From positions 70,337,769 through 70,401,768 of the forward strand of contig NC_068989.1 in NCBI RefSeq assembly GCF_001194135.2: a DNA stretch of 64,000 bases, in the 5' to 3' direction. The notes beneath the pieces are model-generated. The model saw nothing but the letters and a program-made list of their open reading frames with translations. It was not told where the DNA came from and made no database searches. This document shows, one piece after another, positions 1 through 13,200 of the stretch. A program made the position numbers and the translations under genes. This DNA is from Octopus bimaculoides (Eukaryota). Position 1 is the first letter of the stretch; each line of letters begins with the position of its first letter.

Positions 1-501
1 GGCCATACTGGGGCACATACTGTAGTGTGTTAGTTGAAGAAATCAACCCCTGGACTTATTTTATTTTAAGCCTAGTACTTATTCTATTGGTCTCTTTTGT
101 TGAACCACTAAGTTATGTGGACATAAACACACTAACACCAGTTGTCAAGAGGTGATGGGGGTCACACACAAGCACAAAAACACACTCATATAGATATATA
201 TGATGGGTTTCTTTCAGTTTCTGTCTGCCAAATCAACTCACAAGGCTTTGGTTGGCCTGAGGCTTTAGTAGAAAACACCTCCCCAAGGTGCTATGCAGTG
301 AGACTGAACCTGGAACCATGTGGTTGGGAAGAAAGCTTCTTACCACACAGCCATGTTTATGCCTATTATAAAATCAATAAAAATCCACACTATTTATGCT
401 TAGTTCATAAATTAACATTAGGAGTCCTTAATTTATCAAATACTTCCATTTACAAACGCAGGTTAACTGAAGGCATTAATATTTGTATTTTCTCTTCACA
501 G

Positions 502-596
502 GTAAAGAACCGCAACATCGCAGCTTATAAACGACTCCAAGACTTAATAAGCCATCCAGATAAACATTTCTATATTTTTTCAAATGAATTTCATCA
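502..596 (+). CDS. DIS3: DIS3 in-window exon 1 ([31 protein letters not shown]), PIN
   Basis: ttcacag acceptor, gtaagt donor; 95 nt, ends in phase 2. Confidence 0.93.
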
Positions 597-3500
597 GTAA
601 GTTTTACCGTTACAAATTTTCTTTTGGACTATAAATAATAGTTTCAGATTTTAGGGGAGCAGGTTAGTCAATACTATCAACTCCAGTACATGACTGATAC
701 AATTCCGAAAGGATAAAAGGCAAATTTGAAACCGCAGATTATAAAGAGTCTGGAAAACATAACAAAGCATTTTGCCTGATTCTGTCACCTGACCTTTTTT
801 TAGATTATAATATTAATTAAGTAAAGGATAAGGGGTAAAGACACCCTTCATTTATGAATGACCATGACATTGCACCTAAAAAGTTACCCTCAGAGGCACA
901 AGTCCAGGCAAGACCAGCAGTTACCCATGCATACCAGCCACCCCTTTCCACACCACTGATGTTGTCCAAGGGAAAGGCAAGCACTAATACAGTTTGGCAC
1001 TGCTGAGTGAATTGGAGCAACATGAAATAGAGTGTCTTACTCAAGAACAAAACACACTGCCTGGTCCAGGAATCAAATTCACTACTTCATAAATGTAAGC
1101 CTGATGCTCTAACCACTGAGCCATGCACCTACACTAATTAAGTATAGTATTACTAGTTATAGTAATATAACCATTTGTTGTTATTTTGACAGAAGCTGAC
1201 CAAGCAGAAGCCTGCACTATCCTTCTGTGTCTGTTTTGGTAGGGTTTTTACAGCTGGATGCTCTTAACACCAACCACTCCACAGTGTGAGACGAGTGCTT
1301 TTTACATGGCCCCAGCATAGGCGAGGCCAGTTTTGGCTTGGTTTTTACAGCCGGATACCCTTCTAAATGCCAACCACTTTACAGTGTGGACTGGATGCTT
1401 TTTTTAAGTGGCACCTACACTGGCAGGGTCACCAAGTAACTTTGCAAGTCAAGGAATCTTTGAGAGTGGTGAGGGGGATTGGAGGAGGTGATCTATTGTG
1501 TCAGATTATGTAAGGTCAGAGTGTGACACAGAGACAGAAACGTCTTGCTGTAGAGGAGGTCATGGTTATCCAGCCAGAGAGAGAAAGAGAGTGTTAACAA
1601 GAAATAGGCCAGAAACATGAGTGCTGCTGTTCCTCAGTTGGTCTCCATCTTCCACATGTGCCATCCACTTTTTATATATATATACATATAATATTTTGTT
1701 AATTCTCTCCAGACCTTCCGTAACCCACTACTTTTTCAGATTACTCTGTGAAAACAATGTTTATTTACTATTTTGAATTAATCTTCATTATCTTGTAACT
1801 TTGAGATTTCAGTGATGTAACTTTATTCTTAGAATGACATTGTAGAGTAGGTGTGAGAGACTGGATATGGCCAATTTGGACCTAAAACTGAGTGAATATT
1901 TTGACCAGTTTAAGTGCTAAAGGGTTAATTTTCATTGAAGCTTGTGAGGGTAAAAACAGAGTTACTCTGCCAGAAAAGGAAGAATTCAATACAAGAGGAA
2001 GTGTCAACCATCCTGAGCAGAGATAGATTCACACTTTTTTCTTTTATAAGTTAGTTGTGACTTGAATCATTATTGTATGTAGCTTGTTAATTAATTTACA
2101 GCATTGGTTCATTTCTTTCTTTTTAGGTCAACATACATTGAACGTGAAGCAGGAGAATCTTCTAATGACCGTAATGACCGTGCCATTCGAGAGGCCACAA
2201 AGTGGTACCAAGAACATTTAAATTCTGTCACCAATGGCAAAAATAACATAAAAGTTGTTCTTCTCTCTGATGATGTCACCAACAAGCTGAAAGCAGAGGA
2301 AGATGGGATTCTTGGATTTAGTAGTAAGTTGGGTTTTCTGTGTATCTGTCTGTCTGTCTGGAAATTGGAACTCAACTAAAATAAATCAAAAATTATTTTA
2401 AAATGAAGGTTTAACAATTTTTTTCCATTAAATAGTCATTAGCATTTTATTGAAACTAATTCTCTCTACTAAAGGCACAAAGCCTGAAATTATGGAGGAG
2501 GAGACCAGTTGATTACATTGATCAACCCCAGTGTTCCACTGGTACTTATTTTATTGACCCCAAAAGAATGAAAGGCAAAGTTGTCCTTGGCAGAATTTGA
2601 ACTCAGAACATAAAAATGGACAAAATGCCACTAAGCATTTTGCCCTGTGTGCTAACAATTCTGCCAACTCACCACCCTACTTTTTTTTTTTTTTTTTCAT
2701 TTAAAATAATGATATGAAAAAATATAATTCAATGTGATTTTTCTTTTCAGTGAACTACTTCATCAAGAATTTGAAAAATGCTACTCATCTACTTGACAAG
2801 TTGGCATCTCATGAAGAAAACAATCATGTAAATATTACAAGTGTTTTTTCATCATATATCAAAATGAAAGACCAAAAAAAAAATGTGATATAGGTGTCAG
2901 CATAACCGCATTGTTAAGAACCATGCAATCATGGTTCACTTCGCAATTACCTGGTTTCAGATTCAGTCACACTGCATAGCATTTTGAGCAAGTGTCTTCT
3001 ACTATAGTCCTGCCCTTGTTAGTGAATTAGGTACACAGAAATTATGCAAAAACCTGTTGTGTGTATATGTGTGTGTAGATACTTTTATTAAAGCCAAAAA
3101 TATTTTCAGAAACTGTTGCTCAGTTTCACATTGCTGTTTGTCAGACAGTATGATCACAACTGTCCACTCTGAGTAAAAGTGAATGAAGATTTTATTAGCT
3201 TTAATAAAAGCATATGACCCTGCCTTCTGTATTCAAGTACTATTATTTTCCACCTTACCTTCTTTTGCATTTGTGATTTACTTTTGTTATGATACCAATG
3301 TTCTGTAGCTTATCAATATTTTTGCTTATTTATTTATTTTTCTTCTTTTTAGCCTATTGGAAGAACTTTATTCCCAGAGCATTTATCATTTTCTGAGATA
3401 CAGAAAGGTATTAAACTTGGTAAATACAAGCAAGGAAAATTCCAAGCAAGTCGAGAAAACTACCTGGAGGGTAGAGTGAGTGTTATTGGTGCAGATGAGA

Positions 3501-6500
3501 TGGTGAGTTATGAAATATCTTTAATAAATTTTTCCAACTCTTTTTCACTATAACGTTTTATATGAGATGACTTAGAAGTGGGAGCTTTTCCTTCCTTTCT
3601 TTCTCTACCTCCTCCTCTGTTCTTTTCTGCCTTGCAAATTACAAGGTCACCTCACTAGTGCCAGTGCCGCATTAAAAAGCACCCAGTGCTCTTTGTAAAG
3701 TGGTTGGCATTAGGAAGGGCATCCAGCTGTAGAAACCATGTCAAAGATGCATTGGAGTTTGACGCAGCCTTGCAGCTTACTGGTTCCTTATGAAACCAAC
3801 CTACCCATGCCAGCATGGAAAGCAGTCATTAAATGCCATCTCAACAAAATTCCATCCATTCCATGTTAAAACAATGATGATGATGCAGATAGGTACAGAT
3901 GTGTTTGTGTGGCTAAAATGTTTGTTTCCCAACCACATGGTTTTAGGTTCAGTCCTACTGCATGGCACCTCGGGCAAGTGTCTTCTACTATAGCCTCAAG
4001 CCAACCAATGTTTTGTGAGTATGTTTGCTAGATGGAAACTGAAAGAAGCCCATCATATATATGCATATAGGCACAATCACAGCTCAGTGGTTTAGAAACC
4101 TGCTTTCCAACCACTTGGTTTTGGGTTCGGGTGGCGATGGTGGTGGTAGTGATTATGATGATGATGTCCTATTGATAATTGTCTTTTCTCGTTTTGTGTG
4201 GTTAGGTTTTAGTTGTTGGCCGTGAAAACCTTAATCGTGCTGTCAATGAGGACATTGTTGCTCTTGAAATCTTACCTGAAGAAGAATGGACTTGTCCATC
4301 CTCCATTATAATGGAAAATACAGCAGACGAAGTGAAGGAAGAAGAAGTAGAGGTATTTATTTATTTATTTATATGTGTGTATGTATGTATATCTTTTAGT
4401 GAACGTGCATGGCTTAGTTGTTAGGGTATTCAGCTCATGAACATAAGGTTGTGAGTTCAATTCCCAGCAATGTGTTGTGTCCTTGAGCAAAACACTTTAT
4501 TTCATGTTGCTCCAGTCCACTCAGCTGGCAAAAATGAGTTGTACCTGTATTTCAAAGGGCCAGCCTTCTCACATTCTGTGTCATGCTGAATCTCCCTGAG
4601 GACTATGTTAAGGGTACACGTGTCTGTGGACTGCTCAGCCACTTGCAAGTTAATTTCACAAGCTGGCTGTTCAGCTGATAGGATCAACTGGAACCCTTGT
4701 CATCGCAACCGGTGGAGTGCCAGTCAGTTTTATAAATTTTTATCATTGGTTTCATCAATTACGTATAAACATTTATATATACCCTTGTTTCTCCCTTCTT
4801 AATATCTATTATTTCTACCTGTTTTATGTTCAATCTCTCACACGTACCCGACAATGTCATTCTAAAAGTAAATCTCAAAGCTGCTCCAGCATGGCCAGAG
4901 TCAAAATGACAAACAAATAAAAGAGTAAAATAATAATTAGATATTACATTTGACAGAGTAATTCAAATGCGAAAAGTATAAAATATATTATTATTCAAGA
5001 GGTAATATTTATACCCACTTAAACAGTGATGTTCTGTTAGAACAAACTTTACAGTGGTAGATACCATGAGAGAAACTCTTATATTGGGTTTTTGGTGCAA
5101 AATGCACTCTTGTTTATATCGCTAATAGGGAGATAAATCCCTGCTATCTCCAGCACTGAGACCACCAGATCACATGATTTCAACCTCCCTTGGTCTTGTC
5201 AGTGATGAACACTCAGCTGCTAGAGATAGCAGCGACTCATCTCCCTGCCAGCGATATATAGAAAAACAGTGTCAGAACAGGTGCTGGTATCATGATTTGA
5301 ATTAATGCTTTGTATTTCTACCTCTGCCTTTCACTTCCCATCTTTGAGGTTCAATGTTTACTTCCACCTTGTTTGAGTGTGAATATACCCCACTCTATCG
5401 CATCCTGCCAGACGGTATTTTTCCTTCTCTTTAAATGGATCCTCTTCTTTCAATGTCACATTTTAATCTTTTTCTTCTTTGTCAACCTGAATTTTTCTGC
5501 TCCATCTCTCTTCATATTAAAACTCTCTCTCTCTCTCTCTGCATTTACTGTTTCAATACTCTCTCCTATAATGTTTAGTACTTCTCTTTCTCATCCTCTC
5601 TCTCTCTCTCTCTCTCTCTTCTCCTATAATCTTTGGTGCCTGCCTACTCTCCTCATTCCCTTCTCCCTCTTTCACACACACTTTCTCTTTCCATTTACTG
5701 TTTCTGTGCTTTTATAACAATTAGTGCCTCTCATCTTCATCCTCCACCTACTCTACCCTCTCTCTCTCTCTCTTTCACTGTTTCTACACTATTTCTCTTA
5801 CAATAATTAATGCCTGTAATTCTATCTTCATTCTTTTCCCATATCTCTCACTCTCTCTTTCTCTTCCCCAATCTACAGGGTGTCCACAAAGTCTGGGTAC
5901 ATGGGGATTAACACATACTTTAAGAAATTATTATTTCTTATATTTAATTGTTTATGTTCTGATTTTATTTACTCCATGTACCCAGACTTTGTGGACCCCC
6001 TGTATATCTAGTGTGTTTAGATCTAGTTTTGAATCTTTCTTCAAAATTTCTTTTTAATGCTGTAATCCTATCCCTAACCACCACAACTACCTTCCCATCC
6101 TCCATTAAAAGTTCAATTAAAGAGACAATGTTTTTTTTTTTTAATCAGTTTTATCTGCTTTCTACTCTCTTATCAACCTTCAGGATGAAATTAAAAAGTC
6201 CATCAACAAAGTTCCAAAAGAAAAACGTCAACTAACTGGACGTATTGTTGGTATTATACGGCAGAACAGACGAAATTACTGTGGCATTCTTCAGCTATCA
6301 GATATAAAGGAGGTAAAGTAACGATTTTCTGATATGGAATTATATGTGGTGCATGCATGGGTGTATTGTTAAGAAGCTTGCTTCCCAACCATGTAGTCTT
6401 GGGCAAGTGTCTTTTACTATAGCCCCAGGCTGACCAAAGTCTTGCAAGTGGATTTGGCATGGTAAGTGATTACTCCCTCAAAGTGCCAGGTGTTAAAACA

Positions 6501-7603
6501 CCTGAAAGTCATGAACAGGTAAGACAACTTGCCTCCGGTCTCATCCAGGAATGATGGGCATTGGTGTTTTGCCATTTTTGTGGTGAATCATACCACCAGT
6601 CTGCAACTTATATGCATATGGTGTAAAAACTATGTGCTGATATGCCCCAGCAATGCATACATAGGAATAAATTCAAATATGAAATAAAATCAGTGCTAGT
6701 GTAATAAGCATTCTCGACTTCATAGAGTAAAGATCCCCTTTGGTCATGAATAACCATGGGATTGCACCTAGAAAGTTACCCACCAAGGCACAAGTCCAGG
6801 CAAGGTTGTTTATGGGAGACCAGCAGTCAGCCATGCATACCAGCCTCCCCTCTCCTCACCACCAATGTTGTCCAAGGGAAAAGCAAACACCAATACAGTT
6901 TGGCACCAGTGGTGTTGCAACTCATTTCTACTGCTGAATGAACTGGAGCAACATGAAATAGAGTGTCTTGCTCAAGAACACAACTCACTGCCTCATGATT
7001 GTGAGTCAGACATTCTAACCACTGAGCCATTATGGTTAACATATATGCTTTGTGTGTTTGCATGGAAAACTGGTGAATATTACTTTGCTTGGAAACAGGG
7101 AAGGGTTGGCAGAAGGAAGAGCATTTGCCCAAGAAACAAACTGGCCCCAGCAAATTTAGATATTAAAAGTAAAAGCTATTTTTGAGTAGGGTTTTCTGTG
7201 TTCTAACTCCAAATATTTCTGTCTTTCATTGTTGCTCTTAGGTTAAAAGTTAGGTGTTAAACAGAAAATGAACTAGCAGAGTTGGTAGAATATTAGTAAA
7301 AAAAAGATTGTGTATATATCTTGAATCTCCACATGCTAAGTTGAAATCTAGCCATGGCCAACCCTGTGTATTTTGCGTTTTAATCTATTCATTTATTTGT
7401 CTCAGTTGTTTGACTGCAGCCATGCTGGAGCACTGCCTTTTAGTCGAAGAAATCGACCCCAGGACTTATTCTTTGTAAGCCTGGTACTTATTCTATCGGT
7501 TGCTTTTGCCGAACTGCTAAGTTACGGGAATGTAAACATACCAGCATCAGTTGTCGAGCAATGGTGGGGAGGGATAAACACAGACACAAAGACACACACA
7601 TAA

Positions 7604-7634
<31 letters not shown>

Positions 7635-7902
7635 CGACAGGCTTCTCTCAGTTTCCATCTACCAAATCCACTCACAAGGCTTTGATCAGCCTGAGGCTAT
7701 AGCAGAAGACACTTGCCCAAGGTGCCATGCAGTGGAACTGAACCCAGGACCATGTGGTTGGGAAACAAGCTTCTTACCCCACAGCTACACCTGCGCCTAT
7801 AATGTTTTTTTTTAATGAAAGAGACCTATCTCTTAATCCCTGCGAATATTGTTTTTATTTCATTTAATTGTTTATTTGTTATTAATATATAAATATATTT
7901 AT

Positions 7903-7940
<38 letters not shown>

Positions 7941-10226
7941 AAGAAAAAGACCCATCTCTTCATCCCAGCAAATAAGTTAATTCCTAAAATTCAGATCCGC
8001 ACCGAACAAGGCAAGGAACTTGTTGGACAACGTATTATAGTTGTCATTGATAAATGGCCCCAATATTCACGATTTCCTATGGTAAGTACTTTGTATTAAT
8101 TTCTCTTGACTTTATTTTTTTACTATATTTCTGTTGAAACACATTAATTTTGAAAATAATGAAGAATTTTGGAAAAATAGCTTTGTCATTAATTAGTTGG
8201 TGTCTGGATCATAAATTCACATTCAGAAAATTTTAGTTTATCATAGAACCTGGGTCAGTCTTTGGTAGGTTGGTATCAAAAGGGTTAAACATCATCACCA
8301 TTTGGCATCTGTCTTCTATGCTGGATTGGATTAGATGGTTTGACAGGAGCTTGCAAAGTAGAAGACTGTGCCAACCGCTACTGTCACCTGTGGCATGGTC
8401 TCTATGACTTGATGCCTTTCCTTTGCAGGAAAGCCATTTTACAGAGTGTATTGGTTGTCTTTTACATGGCACCAGCCCCAGGAAGATCAGCAAATAACTT
8501 GCAAGACAGAGATCTCTCAACTGAGAGGGAGAGTGGTATTGAGTGACATGGCTTTGTGCCAGGTCATGAGAGGTTAAACTATGATAGAGACACAGAAACA
8601 GGTGTCTTGCTGTAGAGGAGACAGATGGTTACTCAAGTCAGAGAAGACAGATGGTTGTGATGTGCTGGGGTGTACCTTCAACGTACAAGGAGGTGAATGT
8701 AAGTGGAGTGGTACAAAGGATTGGATAGGGTGCATAAGCAGAGAATTCACAAGAGGTGCCAGTAGCATGTAAAAAGCACCTTTCAAACTTTGGGCCTTGT
8801 GGAGGCAGTGACAAGTGACCAAGACCTTTGGCAATATACCGTGCTTAAGAAGACCTGTCAAGCCAAATGAGATCGTAGTTGTGGCTGATGCCAGTGTTTC
8901 ATAACTGGCACATAAGAAACACCCACTACACTCTTGGAGTGATTGGCGTTAGGAAGGGTATCCAGCTGTAGAAACCATGCCAAATCAGGTTGGAACCTGG
9001 TGCAGCTCTCCAGCTTACCAGTTTTCAGTCAAACCATCCAACCTATGCTAGCATGGAAAAAGGACATTCGATGATAAAAGGAAAGGGAAATGCAGTGAGT
9101 GATGAAATACAGCTATATAGGGAAGCAACAAAACCTTTAGTTTAGTATTACAGATCAAATGGTGTCAGATAGTTGGTATCAAAGGGTTAAATCATCATCA
9201 TCATCAACTAATGTCCGTTTTACATGCTGGCATGGGTTGAAATAATTATTAATTTAGAAATATTAACTGCCTTAATTCTCTTTTTATCTGTTATGGTTAT
9301 GATTTTTTATTTGCTTTAAAGGGACATTTTGTCAAGAAACTGGGTCCAATTGGAGATAAAGACACTGAAAATGAAGTCTTATTATTGGAACATGATGTCC
9401 CCCATTCTGAATTTTCTCAAAGAGTGCTTGAGTGTTTACCGAAGTTGCCATGGATCATAACAGATGAGGTAAAACAATTTACATTCTTTTATTTGTTTCA
9501 GTCTATGGACTGCTGTGCTCTTTTTTTTCTTAAACCTTTTCCTTATTATATTAGTCTCTTTTGCAAAACTGTTAAATTACAGGGATACAAAAAGTTTGTC
9601 AATTTTACAGGACTTGAAACAAAGACAAGACATTCGTCATATCAACATCTGCAGTGTTGATCCTCCCGGCTGTACTGATATTGATGATGCACTTCACTGT
9701 AGACTCTTAGAGAATGGTAATTATGAGGTAATGTAAACTTTTTATTTTATTTTGTTGTATTTCTCTGATAAAAAAAGTTGTAATTTGCTTGAAGCACTGC
9801 AGTAACTATAAACGAGATAAATGTTTGCCAAATCCTTTGAGCAAAGTTAACCATAGCTTTGTGAGTGAATCTGATAGATGGAAACTGAAAGAAGCCCGTT
9901 GTATCTTTTATCTTTTTCCTGTTTCAGCCATTAGACTGCAGCCTTGCTGTGGGCACCACCTTGACGGATTTAGTCAAACAAATTGACCCCAGTACTCATT
10001 TCATCAGTATCTTTTGCTGAATTGCTAAGTTACAAACCAACACCAGTTGTCAAGTGGTGATGGTGGACACACACATAAATATATACATATATACAACATG
10101 CCTCTTTCAGTTTCCATCTACCAAATCTACTCACAAGGCTTTAGTCAGCCCAACGTATAGTTGAAGACACTTATCACACACACATATGTTTATGTGTGTG
10201 CATATATATATATAAACATATGTATG

Positions 10227-10264
<38 letters not shown>

Positions 10265-13200
10265 TGTTTGGAAGGGCATCCAACTGTAAAAACTTTGCCA
10301 AAACTGACCACACCTGTGATTATGCCACGTAAAAAGCACTAAGTCCACTTTGCTGAGTGGTAGGTGTCAGGAAGGGCATCCAGCTGTAAAAATCCTGCCA
10401 AAACAGTCACAGAAGTCTGATGCAGGCTTCTGCCTGGCCAGCTCTTGTGAAACTTCCCACCCATGCTAGCATGGAAGGCTGATGTTAAACAATGATGATG
10501 ATGATATATATGTATATATACATACATACATGCATACATTTACATATACATATATATGCTGACACACACATATACATGTGTGTGTGCATGTTGTTTCTCC
10601 TTGTCTTGGCATCAGATGATAGCTGTAAGCAAATGGCCCTGTCATTCACGCAGTGTCTTTTGTTTTCAATCTTGTGCTAATGTTCTGTCATCTGGGAAAT
10701 ATCACTTTGCCTGGAAACAGGTGTGGGTTGGTGACAGGAAAAACATCCAGGCATTGAGAATGTACTTCGATGAATTCCATCTGACCCATGCAACCATGAC
10801 AAGGTGGATGTAAAAAGGAAGATGAGGACAATATAGATGAAATGTATGAAGAATAATAAATTAAAGGTACAGCATAGCATAAAATTATTGAAGGGAAAAG
10901 GAAATCAATAACTAGATTATAGGATTTACACACACATACATCTTTTTTTTTCAACTACTATTCTTTTCTTCTTTTACTTGTTTCAGTCATTTGACTGCAG
11001 CCATGCTGGAGCACCGCCTTCTAGTCGAAGAAATCGACCCCAGGACTTATTCTTTGTAAGCCTGGTACTTATTCTATTGGTTTCTATACGATGGGCTTCT
11101 TTTCAGTTTCCATCTGCCAAATCCACTCCCAAGGCTTTGGTTGGCCCAAGGCTATAGTAGAATACACTTGCCTAAGGTGCCATGCAGTGGGACTGAACCC
11201 AGAATTATGTGGTTGGGAAGCAAGCATCTTACCACACAGCCATGCCTACAATATCTACAAAATTTACTCATAAGGCAAAAAAGCTAAGACCATTGTTGAT
11301 CTGTATCAATTCTGCTGTTCTTATAACTCAGGTGTCTGTTTCAGGTTGGTGTCCACATTGCCGATGTATCTCATTTCATCCGCCCATACACAGCTATAGA
11401 TGATGAGGCCAAACACAGAGCAACAACAGTCTACTTGACCGATCAGGTAACTAATTGTATCATTGAACCAATTCTTTCATTAACCTTTTAGCATTCAGAT
11501 TTTTCTGTCAAATACAATGCTTATACATTCACACTATTTTGAATTAACCATGCATTATTTCGAAGCTCCAAGATTATGATGATGTGATTGCTTAATTTTA
11601 GAATAACATTGCTGGGTGTGTGTGAGAGGCCAAATCTGGCCAGTTTGAACATAAAATTAAGTAGAATGTTTGGGCCAGATATTGTCAGTTTAAATGCTAA
11701 AGGGTTGATGAATTTTGTTGCTAATTACTTGATATTTTATATAAATTAACTCTTTGTATTCTAATATCTAGAGAATAGACATGGTACCTGAATTACTCAG
11801 CTCAAATCTGTGTTCCCTTCGAGACGATGGTGACCGGTAAGTTGACATGCTTTTCTTCTCTTTTTCTTTCTCTTTTCTTCTGGCTTTGCTTTCCGAGTTC
11901 AAATCTTGCTATGGTCAACTCTGCCTTTCATCCTTTCAGGGTTGATGGAATCTATTAGCTCTTTCTCTCAAATTTGTGGGCTTTGTGCCTATAGTAGAAA
12001 GGATATTAACTATGTAACACATATTTCTCAATAAAACAATACTTTATCAGTTTTTATCAATTTTTTTTTTCTTTTCCTTTTAAATCTTTCTACAGCTTTG
12101 CCTTTTCCGTCATCTGGGAGATGAATGTAAATGCCGAGATTATAAGCACTAAATTTCATAAATCCGTTATCCGTTCAAAGGTAAGAAGTAATTAAATAGA
12201 AATAAAAAGATCTCTTGGGATATTATATTGTTTTCTTATAAGTGGGGCAGTACATTCTATTGAAACTAACATCTACATAACTGGATACTTTGTTACTGAT
12301 TATGATCTTGGCTGTGGTTATTTAACCACCAGTTATTTCTGACTGAGTTGACTCTATGATCAAAAGTATTCTGGCAATGACCAACACAACCTTATAGTTT
12401 TTTTGGTGGGGTTTTTCTGGGTATTGTGTATATAACACTACATTATGCATTGTAGTGTCAGATCAGACATCAGTTTTAAGATGCCTTCCCTCTACAACCA
12501 AAAGACTTCTAGAAGGAAGCCACAAAATTTATCCGAGGTTTAAAAAAATTAAAACTTAACTTCATCTTTAGTTCCAAAAATTCGTGTAAGCTTTGAATTT
12601 ATTAGTAGCTTTGCTGTTGTTAACCCTTTTATTACCATGCTTATGTTGAAATACATTGCCTTTGAAAATAATAACAAATTTAGTAAAATGTTTTTGTCAC
12701 TGGTACATAAATTAACATAAAATTTCAATGGAAGGTTTTAATTTAAATCACTTCAACCTTCTTGTTACCATAATCGTAGTTGTGGCCAAAGCCAGTGTCA
12801 CATTACAGGCACTTGTGCCAGTGACACACAAAAAGCACCCTTTGAACGTTGGACCTCATGGAGGTGATAAGTGACTGAAACTTCTGGTGATATGCCATGC
12901 TTGAGAATATTCGTCAAGCCAAATGAAATTGTAGTTGTGGCCAATGCTGGTGTCATGTAACTGGCATGTAAAAAGCACCCATTACACTCTTGGAGTGGTT
13001 GGTATTAGGAAGGGTATCCAGCCATAGAAACCATGCCAAATCAGATTGGAACCTAGTGCAGCACTCCAGTATGGAAAGTAGACGCTAAATGATGATTTCT
13101 ATTGAAATACGCTGCCTCTGTTTCAATTAAATTTGAAAATCATGAAGAACTTATTAAGCTAACTTTAGTGTTATTAAATTGTTGTATGGTACATAAATTA

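Noticed and set aside
4404-4470. tRNA genes at tRNA-like sequences (also ~23163, ~51018, ~58457 and family A heads)
   Set aside because: A/B boxes run into SINE bodies with no acceptor stem or T-run terminator; these are SINE heads.
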